In this document: positions 52,915 to 64,000 of the stretch, in pieces
Layout of the letters: the number at the start of each line of letters is the position of its first letter
Numbering within the stretch: the first letter of the stretch is position 1
DNA from: Camelus ferus
Taxonomy: Eukaryota
Length of the DNA stretch: 64,000 bases
NCBI RefSeq assembly: GCF_009834535.1
Contig: NC_045696.1
Coordinates: 100,504,001-100,568,000, forward strand
Reading direction: 5' to 3'
The notes under the pieces: generated by a model
Told to the model about the DNA's origin: nothing
Database searches by the model: none
Seen by the model: the letters and a program-made list of their open reading frames with translations, nothing else
Position numbers and translations under genes: made by a program

Positions 52915-54560
52915 TTATTTTTTAATGTAAAATTTGCATATTGTAAAATGCACGGATCCCAGTGCAGTGAAATGCACAGTGTTCAATACCATGAGTCTTG
53001 ACAAATGCGTAACCATGTAACCTAAACCCCTATGTATCATTCAAGAAACAGGTACCAGTGGGATTAAAAGTTTAAGAGATTTATCGGGGAAAATGCCAAT
53101 TTATTGGGGGAAGGATGAAGGGGAAGAGAGGGGAGTAGGCAGGGATAGGCTGATGTCAATGAAAGGAGAGAGTTAGAAAAGTTTTGGTAAATGGTTAAGT
53201 GTTTCAGACCATAGCAGAGTGTGTTTTCATTTCTGTTGTGGAAATACCAGGTTGAGTTGCTGAGTCATAGAGTAGGTATATGATTAACTTTATAAGAACC
53301 CTTGAAACAGTTTCCTGAAGGATTGTAGCATTTTCTCCTCTTACCATCAATGACATTTCCTATTGCTCTGCATCCTTGCCAGTATTTGATGTTATTGATC
53401 TTTATAATTATAGCTATTCTAGTGGTTTTAACTTTTATTTCCAATATGAATAATGATATTAAACAACTTTTCTTGTGCCTATTGGTCAATCATATGCCAT
53501 CTTTCTGTCATGTGTTTAACTCTTTCTCCTATTTTTTAATTGTTTTATTTTTGTTAATTTGTAAAGATTTTAAAATATGTTTTATACTTAAATCCTTGGT
53601 TATATTTACTGCAAAAATATCTCACCCTGTCTATGGCTTGCATTTTTATTATACTAACATTGCCTTTAACGAACACAAATTATTTTTTAAATTTGGATGT
53701 TCAATTTATCAATTTTTTCTGTTGTGTTTAGTACTTTTTTGTGTCTTATCTACAAAATTTTTGCCTACTCTGAGTTCATAAAAAGAATTCTCATAAGGGT
53801 TGGTGGCAACTCTCTGTAGCTCAGCTGCCTCTCTTTGTAAATAAAGTTTTATTGGAACCCAGCTAGGCCACTTATTTATCGTCTGTGGCTGGTTCTGTGT
53901 TACAACGGCATAGCTGAGTAGGTGTGATAAAGAGAACATGGCCAGGAGCTTAAATTATTTACTATTCGGTCCTTTAAGAAAGATTATCAACCACTGTTCT
54001 AGAAGCTTTGAAGTTCTAAATGTTATGTTCCTGTCTATGAGCTCTTTCAGATTTTTGTGCCTGGTATGAGTAGACATGAAAATCCATTTGTTAACCATTT
54101 GTTGCAGCACATTTAACAGGACTTTATTTTCCACATATAATGGGGACTTTCTCTTCAATTTTATTGATCTATTTGTTTATCCTTAGACAAATATCATACC
54201 CTCTTGAGGACTGTAGTTTCATGTAAGTCTTGCAGTCAGGAGCTGTTAGTTCTCCAAAATTGTTCATCTTCTACAGGATCTTTTTTGCTCTTCTAGGTCC
54301 ATTGCATTTTCACATAAATTTAAGAATCTGTATGTCAATGTTATAAAAATTTCCACTGTGATTTTGAGTGATATGGTATTAAATCTATATATCAGTTCAG
54401 GGAGAATTAACTATTAAATGCTTCCATTCACTGTACATGGTATGTATAGACCTTCGTGTAGGTCTTTGTTTCTTTCAGTAGCACTTTGTAGTTCTTGGTA
54501 TAGAGGTCTTAAATATCATCTATTCAGTTTTTTTTCTAAGTAGTATTTTGTTATCTAATG
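52915..54560 (-). mobile_element. Old L1 ORF2/3' region, interrupted by MER58 and another insert
   Basis: ORF 53265-53489 (RHKKSCLISLFILEIKVKTT...KYWQGC) is degenerate L1 ORF2 C-terminus; antisense L1 phrases continue to ~54560. Confidence 0.8.
53795..53996. mobile_element. MER58-like hAT-Charlie MITE
   Basis: tttgtaaataaagttttattggaac...tgtggctg...atttactattcggtcctttaagaaa; ends aaccactg followed by TTCTAGAA. Confidence 0.8.
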
Positions 54561-54689
54561 ACACTGTAAATATACTTGTATTTAAACTTTGGTTCTACAA
54601 ATTTGAAAACAAAGAATCTATTACAATGAGTCCAAAAAATAAAGAAATGTTTTTGGTGTAGGATTTATTATTACAAAATGCATTATGAT

Positions 54690-54845
54690 GGGGAGGGTGT
54701 AGCTCAGTGGTAGAGTGCATGGTTAGCATGCACAAGGTCCTGAGTTCAATTCCCAGTACCTCCATTAATAAACAAATAAACAAACAAACAAACCTAATTA
54801 CCACCCCCCCAAAAAGCTTAAATAAATAAATAAATATTTTAAAAA
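54690..54845 (+). mobile_element. tRNA-derived SINE, camelid vic-1 type
   Basis: ggggagggtgtagctcagtggtagagtgcatggttagcatgcacaaggtcctgagttcaattcccagtacctcca plus (AAAC/AAAT)n tail. Confidence 0.92.
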
Positions 54846-55374
54846 GTGAATTGAAGCTAAAAAAAATCATACATTGAAAGTTGAAAGAATATACAAAAAA
54901 AGAAAGAAAGAAATGAACTGTATCTAGGAAAAAGGGAGGTGAGGCAATTAAATGTTGAAATAAAATATTGATGGACTTGTGCCTTAAAAAAACTGCATCA
55001 TAATTATATTATTTCTACCAAATGGACTTATTACTTATGTTGCCACCTCACCCACATTTTGTTGGTGGTGTTCTTAATATCAATATTTACACGTGGCTTT
55101 GGTATACTAAAAACAAATTTTCCTTTTAAAGAACTGTGATTCATGTACATTGTATCTTTTATTCTTCAGCATCTGATTTATCTACAATATCTACATGCAC
55201 TGTAATGTTTCTGTGGAATCACAGAAAAATATCAATTAAATTCCTAGCATAGTCAGAGAAAATATGAAAATAATGTAAACTACTTGGAACCCACTCCAAC
55301 TTTTACTTTCAAGTTTAGAAAAAGTGAGGTGTGCAGAAGCATTAAAACATCACTAACTGTTTTGTACATAAATT

Positions 55375-55652
55375 CACACAGATACAGTAAACAAACTTAT
55401 GGTTATTGGGGTAAAGGGGATAGGAAGGGATAAATTGGGAGTTTGAGATTTGCAAATATTAACCGTTATATATAAAATAGGTAAACAACAAGCTTCTACT
55501 GTATAGCACAGGGAACTATATTTAATATCTTGTAGTAATCTATAATGAAACAATATGAAAACGAATATATGTATGTATATGTATGATTGAACTATTATGC
55601 TGTACACTGGAAACTAACACATTATAACTGACTAGACTTCAATTTGAAAAAA
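55375..55652 (+). mobile_element. L1 3' UTR fragment
   Basis: aaacaaacttatggtta, gtatagcacagggaactat, aactgactagacttcaat plus short A tail. Confidence 0.88.
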
Positions 55653-56590
55653 TTACCACGTTACCAACTGAAGAGCAGTATAGACATGAGAAAAATTTTG
55701 TTTCCATAGGGATTTCAAACAGAAAAATAACTTCAAAGACCAGAAATAATCCTTACCAAAAGAGATTGGTTTCCTTTTGTTTGAAGAAGTCAAAGTGTCT
55801 CTTGTGGCCAGAAATTCTTATTAAAAGGGGGCTCTGGAACTGGCTACTTCTTTCAAACTGTGTTTATTTTCAAACCAAAAGTGATAGGCTTCTACACTTA
55901 AGAAGCTTAGTCTTTAGAATTCTGGTTTTAATAACCTAACATTTCTTAGAATTTTTTAGTTGTGAAATAAACCCCATTAACTTGTGATATGTTATCTTTT
56001 TTTGTAGATATAGGGTTGAATTTTGTGCTCATATCAGTTATCTGTTCTTATATGGAGTTTTCTCTTAACATTAGCTCATTTCTTTCTTTTCCCTTATTCT
56101 TCATGAAGTATACACATATTATATATAGTCATTTCTATATGTGTAACAGTTTTTTAAAGCAAAGTTTCAAATTTGCTCATACTATGCTCAGATATTCAAA
56201 TAACATGCAAATTACTTGCTATAATTTATGTAACTTTCTTTCTGAGCTTTGATTTGAATCTGCTGGCTCAAGGAAAATACTAAATTTTAATATTTGCATT
56301 CACTTTCTGTTAATGTGGGTTACAAATAGATCTTCTGTTAACGTAGATAGTCTTTTTGGATTAAATGCCCATTGTTTCAGAATCATTTCCCGCCACTTCC
56401 TATGTCTTTCAGAAAGCTGTAATCAGTATATACAAAGGTGGAGAATTTGTGCACTTGGAGGAAAGAGACAGATCATTGGCTTTGTGTTGTTTCACACGTT
56501 GCTAAGGATCTACTGAGGAGTGTTCACCTTATCTGATTCCTAAGGGTTTTTTTCCTCTAGTCTGCTACTGGGTCTTATAGCTAGGAGTAC

Positions 56591-58293
56591 TGTAATCATT
56601 TGCTAGGACTGTCATAACAAAGTGCCACTTCCAAAATATAAAAACAGGACTGGCAAATGGTAGCCATTTCTATTCGAAAAGGGGGAAATCACAGGGAAGG
56701 AAGGGATTACAGGCCTCAAGCAAGTCTGAAACCTAGCAGAATAAATTTTATTAGACTTTAAGGCCTGAGAATTATCCTTTTTGTTTTGATGCTCTGTTCT
56801 CTTGGCCCACCAGGAATGTGGTCTTGTCTTTGGGGCCCACCAGTGTGGTGACCCCACCCCTTCTGTCCTAGGCATAGGTCGCTTGGCTCTCTGAAATCAA
56901 AGAGGTAGCCCCACCCTCTAGAACTGAGGAGAAGACAGCTCCCCCAACACCCTGGACCTGTGTCCTGTGAGCTCCTGGAGGCAACGGCAGCCCTCCTAAC
57001 CATTGAGGTGTTCTGGGGGTCATTCTTCCATTTTCTTGAATGATAAAGCATATTTGCAGCTGGATAGTTTTATCAGCCCATCCCAAAGGATCCCAGAAGT
57101 CTGACAGCCTTCTGTTCCATCTCTGTCCCCTTCAGACTAAGCTGGCACTTTTCTGTTAGTATAAAATTCTCAAAAGCCTCATTGGCCTTCCATGAAATTC
57201 ATGAGGATCTAACCATCAGACAAGGCAATTGTCCATAGATCTTTCCTAGATAACTGCATCACTATCCCTGGCTTCTGCTGAGATGGTTGACTGGATTCAT
57301 GAGTTGTACCCATAATGTGTTTAGCAAATGATTGTCCAGCCACACTTGATGTTCCCTTCAGAACATGCTTTCTCATGTTTTGCAATATGAGTAGGCTGAA
57401 AATTTTCAAATCTTCAAGTTCTGGTTTCTTCTCCTTGAGAATTCCTTCTTCAATGTCTCTCTTTCCTTTTGCCTTTTATTCTAAGTAGCAGGGAGAAACC
57501 AGGCTGAATCTTTAATACTTTGCTTAGAATTCTTCTCTGCTAAATATCGAAGTTCATAATTTACAAATTCTTCTTTCCACAAAATATTTGAACATTATTC
57601 TATCAAGTCCTTTACACTTTTTCATCAGGATTAACTTTTCTTCAGTTTTCAATCACATGTTCCTCATTTTCATCTGAAATTTCATCAGAATTGCCTTTTT
57701 CTTTTTTGAAAGGTAGATATGGGGGACTGAACCCAGGACCTTGTGCATGCTAAGCATGTACTCTACCACTGAGCTATATGTCACCCCCCTCCCCAAATTG
57801 CCTTTAATGTGGATATTTCTACCAACAATCTCCTTTATGCAATTTAGGCTTTTTCTAACATGTACCTCAGAACTCTTTTAGTCTCTAGCATCTCTCAGTT
57901 CCAAAGCCACTTTTATATTTGTATGTGTTTGTTACTGGTACCAAAATCTGTTTTAGTTTGCTAGGACCATAACAAAGTACCACAGACTGGGCAGCTTAAA
58001 TGACAGAAGTGAATTTTCTTCAGTCCTGGAGGCTGGCTGCCCATAATCAAGGTGGAGTTGCTTTATTCAGTGGCCTCTCTCTTTGGCTTGCAGATGACAA
58101 TCTCCTCGCTGATCTTCTATCTATACATGCCTTTGTCTTAATCTCATTTATGAGGTAATCAGTCATATTGGGTAGAGTCCTCCCTAATGACCTCATTTTA
58201 ACTTAATTACCTTTAATGACACTATCTTCAATTACAGTCACAGTCTGAAGTGCTGGCTTTAGGACTTCGGGGGAATACAATTCAGCCCATAAT
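56591..58293 (-). mobile_element. MaLR (MLT1A-like) element: LTR 57949-58293, internal region, and a ~37-bp stub of the second LTR at 56591
   Basis: tgtaatcatttgctaggactgtcataacaaagtgccac (56591) vs tgttttagtttgctaggaccataacaaagtaccac (57949); LTR/internal junction tggtaccaaaatc. Confidence 0.82.
57699..57795 (-). mobile_element. Short vic-1-type SINE nested in the MaLR internal region, 10-bp TSD
   Basis: gaacccaggaccttgtgcatgctaagcatgtactctaccactgagctata; AATTGCCTTT at 57689-57698 and 57796-57805. Confidence 0.88.
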
Positions 58294-61200
58294 GATTATC
58301 CATGAAACTCAAAATTTATTTCAAGCCTTTGGTCCTTGATCATGCCTTGAGTCCTGCTGGTTCAGTAGACCCTTCTGAGCCTCTGCCTTTGTCCCTTACT
58401 TGATTCTTGCCTCAGGTGACTCACCTCATATCTTGCCATTATGTCCTCCCAAGCAATCTTTACCTTTGGTGTCACCACCTTCCTGAGAAGTGTGGGAACT
58501 TCTGGGAATCTCTGTAACATATGAGAGCTAATGAAGGTCTGAGAGTGAAAAAACTAAGGCCTTCTCCTGTTGCTTTGATCCTGTTACTCGGCTAAGGCTA
58601 CCTCATTTTGGAGTGAGACAGTTTTGTTTAGCTATGTACTCCTGCAGTCCCAAATGGGACAACCGTTGACTCTGGTCCTCCAATTGTGACCAAATACATT
58701 CTACCCTCATCATTCCCTTTAACTTTTCTCAAAGACTTTTTTTTTTTTTTGTCTCTCGGCCTCTCCCCTGTCAAAGGTAGGTCCAAGGAGGGTATAACTG
58801 GATTCAGGTTTCTGACACTTGTTTTTCCAAACTATGTTTGTCTTCTTCCTCAAATTCTCCAGATGAAAGGGGGATGATAGTTTTTTTTTTAAACTTTCTT
58901 TAGGTCATGCTAATTTTCTACCAAAGGACAGATGGCCTTAAGACTTTCCCATCATGGGCCAAGGGGATACTATCTCTACTCTATGAAATCAATTATGTGA
59001 TGTGAGTCTTTAGATATTGGCTTTTGATAAGTTCAATGGAAGCTAAGTGAATTTAGAAAATTCATTCTTTTTCAAAAAAGCTTGATTTTGAAAACCATTT
59101 TTTAAATTAAAATATTCCATTTGCTAGTCTGAAATGTAATAAAATATTATCTTTCTTTTTGTATTCCTGATAAAATACTCCCCTCCAGTCACTCACTGAT
59201 AATTTCCCCAAAGCATGCGCAAACTTCAGATGGAGTACATACAAAGAAAAAAGTCACATTTCACTGATATTATACCCACTATGTTTTTTATTGTAGGTTT
59301 ATTTTTATCATGTCATATGACATCTTTTTGGAAATTAACCAGGGAAAATAATAGCTGTGTTAAGCAAAGTTTGTTTTTGCTTACATAGTCATATTAAAGG
59401 CATTTGGAGAAACGTTCCTTAGATAAGTCCCTTACCACTAATATTGAGTGCACAACAATATTGTTCAAAGGTTGTTACTGCTTAGTCACACATTTTGTTT
59501 AGGCTCTACTCCTTTCCAGTAAGAGTTCAGTATATCCAGGCTTAGCAATATCAGTGTATTCCTCACTAGAAGCACTTTGGATCCAGGTGTTTGGAACTTG
59601 AATCAGCCAATGAAAATTAAAAGACTATGGAGCCAAGTTTTCAGCTTTAGATTTCATTTTACGAATTATAACTTTTACTTTTGCTATTAATCTCACCTCC
59701 AAAATTGCATACACAGCTAATTAAGCCACCAGGTGGCTTATTGCAAGACTTTAATTGCTTGCATCTTATTTTGAGGGCAATGGTTATAATTATCAAGTTC
59801 AAGTGAAACTAAATATGATGCCATTTCCCTGCCAAATGAATTGTGATTAGAAAAGAAGGCTAACTTAGGCCAAGCTGGAAGACTAGTGTTAAATAAAATA
59901 CAGTAATTTCCTTTCAATCTTTCAATGCCACCTCATTCTTAAACGTTATGCCAATTTGAAACATATAACATCACAAGTCAGATTTTTCTGGCTTGCTAGT
60001 CTTCACTTACAAATTAACCACACTGGGAGAGGCATAGTTCTCAGAATGTTTCCAGATATGTTCTATAGATCAAAGATTAAGAAGCCCATTAATAGATATA
60101 TTTTACAGATCAATTTCTAAGACCAAATAAGTTTGAGAATTCTGCATTAAATAGATAACAAAAACCATAGTTATTATTTTAAATATTTCCCTTACTGTAT
60201 CTACAAAAGTATGCAGCATTCCAAAATTTATTTGAGCAAGAACAGCATTTTTCTCAGAACATCTTATAAATAGTATTAAAGAAGGCAACCCTAGGTTTCA
60301 ATGAATTTGTTTTAGAAAAGGTTGCATTGACTTGTAAGTCTTATTGTTCATTGATAAAGCCCAACAAATGATAGTTCTAGGTAAATAAATGTTATTAGGA
60401 AAAAAGAATGCATATTGTAATAGGCTTAAATGTCAAATCAACATTTTTGTCAGTGGTATAATTTTTAAGTCATTAATTGGCTTGTTTTCTTAAGTCTAAA
60501 AAGAGATTTCAAAAATATTTTAAAACTAGGGAAGTCTATAAAATTGAGTAGTAAACCATGGCTCTGATGAATTTCTTGTGGACATTGTGAGTGTAAAACT
60601 TGGTAAACTTGGACACATTTGCGAACTTATTAAAATGTCAATGGTTTAAAGACTAAAAGTGAAAAATGACCTGTCAAAATTCTGTCTGTATAAACTTTTA
60701 TTCATCTCAAAAATGTGATTTTTGAGACAACACTTGACAGATTAGTTTTCCTAATATATTCTTAGAATGGCTTTAGTCACTGCAACTTATGAGAGAGACA
60801 AAAAACCATGGCACATTTCCCACTCCTTAGGTAGTGATGCTAAATAATTGATTTTTGTCAAAGAAAGAAATCCAAAAGTATATTAAAGCAATAAAATGTA
60901 CCCTGGGATCTTTCTTTGTTAGAACTGAAACAGTGGATGGATTCTTAACTGCCTGAAATAGGTTAGATATAGAAATAGCTAAAGGTAAGGGAGGGTAATA
61001 GTACTTCTTAGGGATTCCATCCACTTGTCTGATCATATGTAACTAGTTTGAATTGCTCCACAACATTCAGCAGACATAGATTTACGACTCTTACTTCTAT
61101 ATCTCAAAAGAAAATCAGCTTGGGCCACCACCTGTCAGATTGCCTGGAGTGCGGTGTTATCTTCTTGGATGAACTCAGCTCTCATGAATCATCCAAGAAC

Positions 61201-62859
61201 ATTCAGGGCTTTTTTTTCTTGTGTGTATGTGGCAGGGGTGGAGGTATTGTTGAAGCTTATGTAGTTTACACGGGTAGACCATTGGCTTGATCCTCTTTTT
61301 CCAAGCAGGGGAGCCCAAGTGTCTGGAGACAACGATGGTGATGCAATTGTTCCTTATTGGCTCATTGTCTTGGTGTGGAAAGCTGGACCTGCAACTTCTG
61401 CACATGGTGCTATGATTGAATACTTTGATAGTGTGAGTTCTGCTGGTACATTTCCAGGAAACTGTGAGCCTTTGCTAAAGCACAACGCTGAAGGTGACTC
61501 CTCAAGTGCCAGTTTCTTCAAGGCAACCTCGGTAGATTGCCTGGAAGCTCTTGGACCCTAATGCTATCTGTTACCCACTTTGCAGTCCTCATTTAGGACC
61601 CAGCCAACCTGAAGAGGCTGTGCCAAGTTGGCTTGGATGTCTAGCCTGTTTTTCACCACAACCACAGCTCAGCCAATATTTCTACTTCCAGCAAATCCAT
61701 CACTGCTGGGTTATTTTCATTTTAATACTCAGACACAAATGAACCCTTTCACGTTCCCCCTCCCTAACTATTGATTTTTCCAGATATGCCTCTCTCTCCT
61801 CAGAAAAGCCCCATTGTCACCAGCCACGTTCTCTAGCTTGATTTAAACACAAAAGACAGATTGTATCTCACTTTTGGATAATAGGCTTGATTGCTTCCCT
61901 TGTGCGTAAGTGTTTGAAATCAAGTGTCTTGTTGAAAGATCCTGGGAAGCAAAACTTGTCTAACATCCTGAAGATAGATGAGCTTATTCTTTTATGTTTT
62001 GGAAAACAATTACGACAGTAAAACCAAAGCTTAAAATTCTATATGACTCTCACACACATTAGAATATTTTATGTTCCAAGTTACTATCGAGATGATACTG
62101 TGGGGAATTGTGAGGTTGAGGATTGTTAGTAAAGGTATAGACGTGTACAGAGGCTTTGCCTTTGAGAGTTTTAAGTGCCACAACAGAGTGATGTGGAAGC
62201 ATTAAAGAGGTTTAATTGGAGGAGGGACATGCTGAACGAAGAAATTACTCTGAATATTTTTAAGGGAGGAGATAAAGGAAGACAAAGAGGATCTATAAGA
62301 AGCAATTGTATTCAGTCGAGTTAGGAACCAGTTAGGAAGTTGGCTGCACTTTCTTTGTTTTCTCTTTTTTGAGCCTGTTGCAGTTTCATACATTAAGATG
62401 GACATTAGAGGCAAAATATGTCCATCATTTCATGTTCCTGAAGCCTTATTGTTCATTCATTTCTTCATTCCCCTCACTACCATCTCCCCTTCCCTCCCCC
62501 TCCTCCGAGCTCCACTAGGGCAGAGAGCTATTTTCACTTCAGATGTGAGGTATTCTAAGCACGCAGAATAGTACTTTACATATAATGGGCAACATGAATA
62601 GACATAGATATAATTATTTGTTCTACTCCTTTATTCAATATTCAGTCATTTTATTTATGATTTTTCTAATTCTAAAAAAACATTTTGCAATGCTCATAGA
62701 AATACAAAGAATACTCTAAGATAAAATTATCATAAAACCAGTCGAGAGAAATGGAGAAAAGAAAAAGAAGATTAAAAATAAGTTAGATGAGGTCAGGACC
62801 AGAGTAAGGTACCAAAGGTATTCTGTGGCGTCTTGGTAGGGTCTCATTGTAGGTCACCA

Positions 62860-63785
62860 TGAACTTGGCTCTCATCAGCTGGGAAGGGCTGCTGGCTTGG
62901 CTTTCTCCCTCCCCCACCTGAGCGTGGCTGTTGGATGGGTTCCCTGGCTGCCTGGGAGTTCCTGGCTGGGCGTCCTTGTGGGTGGGGCTAGAGCTATGCT
63001 CAGCAGTTGGGTGAAGCTGTTTGCTTGGCTCCCTGACTGGGCGAGGTCAGGGGCTGGGCTCTGAGGCTGTCCCGAGGCTGTTCCATGGTCACTGATTGGG
63101 TTCCCTGGTCAGGTGGGGATTGGAGACCATGCTCAGCATGTCGGCAGGGCTGCTGGCTTGGGTTCCTGTCTGGGCAAACCATATCGCCTATTTGCTGGAG
63201 ACCCAAACCAGGCAGAACTCCTGACCTGACCCTTCTCCCTGGCTAGACAGGGCACGGCTAGGCTCTGCAAAGAGGTGGAGCTGCTGACTGAGATCTCTGC
63301 TTGAGCACTTTTACCAGCACAAATGTAGTCTGCCAAGTCTATATGCTGGTTGCTGTGAGTCCTACCCCACCTTCTCTCTCTCTAGCTGATCCCTGGTGGT
63401 CTAGTCAAGACTCAGGACTTACTCCCCCCAGTAATTCTCACTAAGCTAGACCTAAGCAGGCCTCTTGGGCAGTGTCCTACAGCACAGGGGAAGCTGGATG
63501 TCTACCTCAGGCTTTTTCCCATTAGAGGATCCATAGGCCCGGGAGACCTTCAGTGCTGCGTGTGCTGGTGGAGTTGGGGCAACGCAGTCAAAGTGAACCA
63601 ACTCCTCTTAGCCTTCTACTGTGTTTTTCCTTGATTTTTCTGGTCAAAAGGGATGCTTCAGCCTCACCACAAGGTTGTGAGATTTTCAAAAAGACATCTT
63701 GTCTATGTATAGTTGCTAGTCGTTCTTTTTGTGAAGGAGACTGAAGTCAGGAATCATTTATTCTGCCACCTTGCTGACATTGCTC
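62860..63785 (-). mobile_element. L1 5' UTR (old L1M-type), GC-rich
   Basis: Minus strand begins atgtcagcaaggtggcagaata, like the L1M 5' start (gtcagcaagatggc); internal repeated gggctgctggcttgg units at ~62886 and ~63147. Confidence 0.7.
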
Positions 63786-64000
63786 TCTCTAAAGATTATA
63801 TTAAAGATTCAAAAGCTAGAAGCAATGACATAAACAGTTTAATGTAAAAGATTGAGAAATTAAATCCAAAGCCTACAAATATATGTTAAGAGTGAAATTA
63901 CAGAAGTCAATCAAAATAATACTAAAACATTAAAAAAAATTAAGACATGGCTGATATTTTCCATTTTCCCCTTCACATCTACTTTTCATCCTATTTTTAC

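Noticed and set aside
53350..53781. 143-aa hydrophobic ORF resembling a membrane protein
   Set aside because: Antisense of an old L1; T-rich composition explains the hydrophobicity.
54690..54765. tRNA gene call for the SINE heads (also 20297, 29359, 57699)
   Set aside because: A-rich tails, TSDs and mutual divergence indicate SINEs rather than functional tRNAs.
1..64000. CRISPR-like arrays, operons or another novel multi-gene system
   Set aside because: No regularly spaced repeat-spacer structure or dense coding region; the sequence is repeat-rich mammalian non-coding DNA.

Overview
AT-rich mammalian genomic DNA, probably intronic or intergenic. Four tRNA-derived SINEs of the camelid vic-1 type suggest a camel, alpaca or llama genome (inference). 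I found no recognisable host protein-coding gene, structural RNA gene or CRISPR array. Every ORF I could recognise is transposon-derived. The window is largely layered mobile-element fossils: a young 5'-truncated L1 with ORF2 remnant and 12-bp TSD (44264-46073), an ERV-L integrase/dUTPase remnant (~10500-12095), a near full-length hAT-Charlie transposase fossil (~30762-33800), two MaLR elements with internal sequence, several solo LTRs, old L1s, MIR/L2 and MER58. I cannot support a novel biological system. The best leads are a promoter/exon-like element with a GC donor (~9280-9473), a speculative phase-compatible three-exon ORF on the minus strand, a palindromic CTCF-like site, an octamer-variant palindrome cluster, and a tiny twin-priming L1 inversion. 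Repeat subfamily names come from recalled consensus similarity, not a database search, and boundaries without TSDs are approximate.
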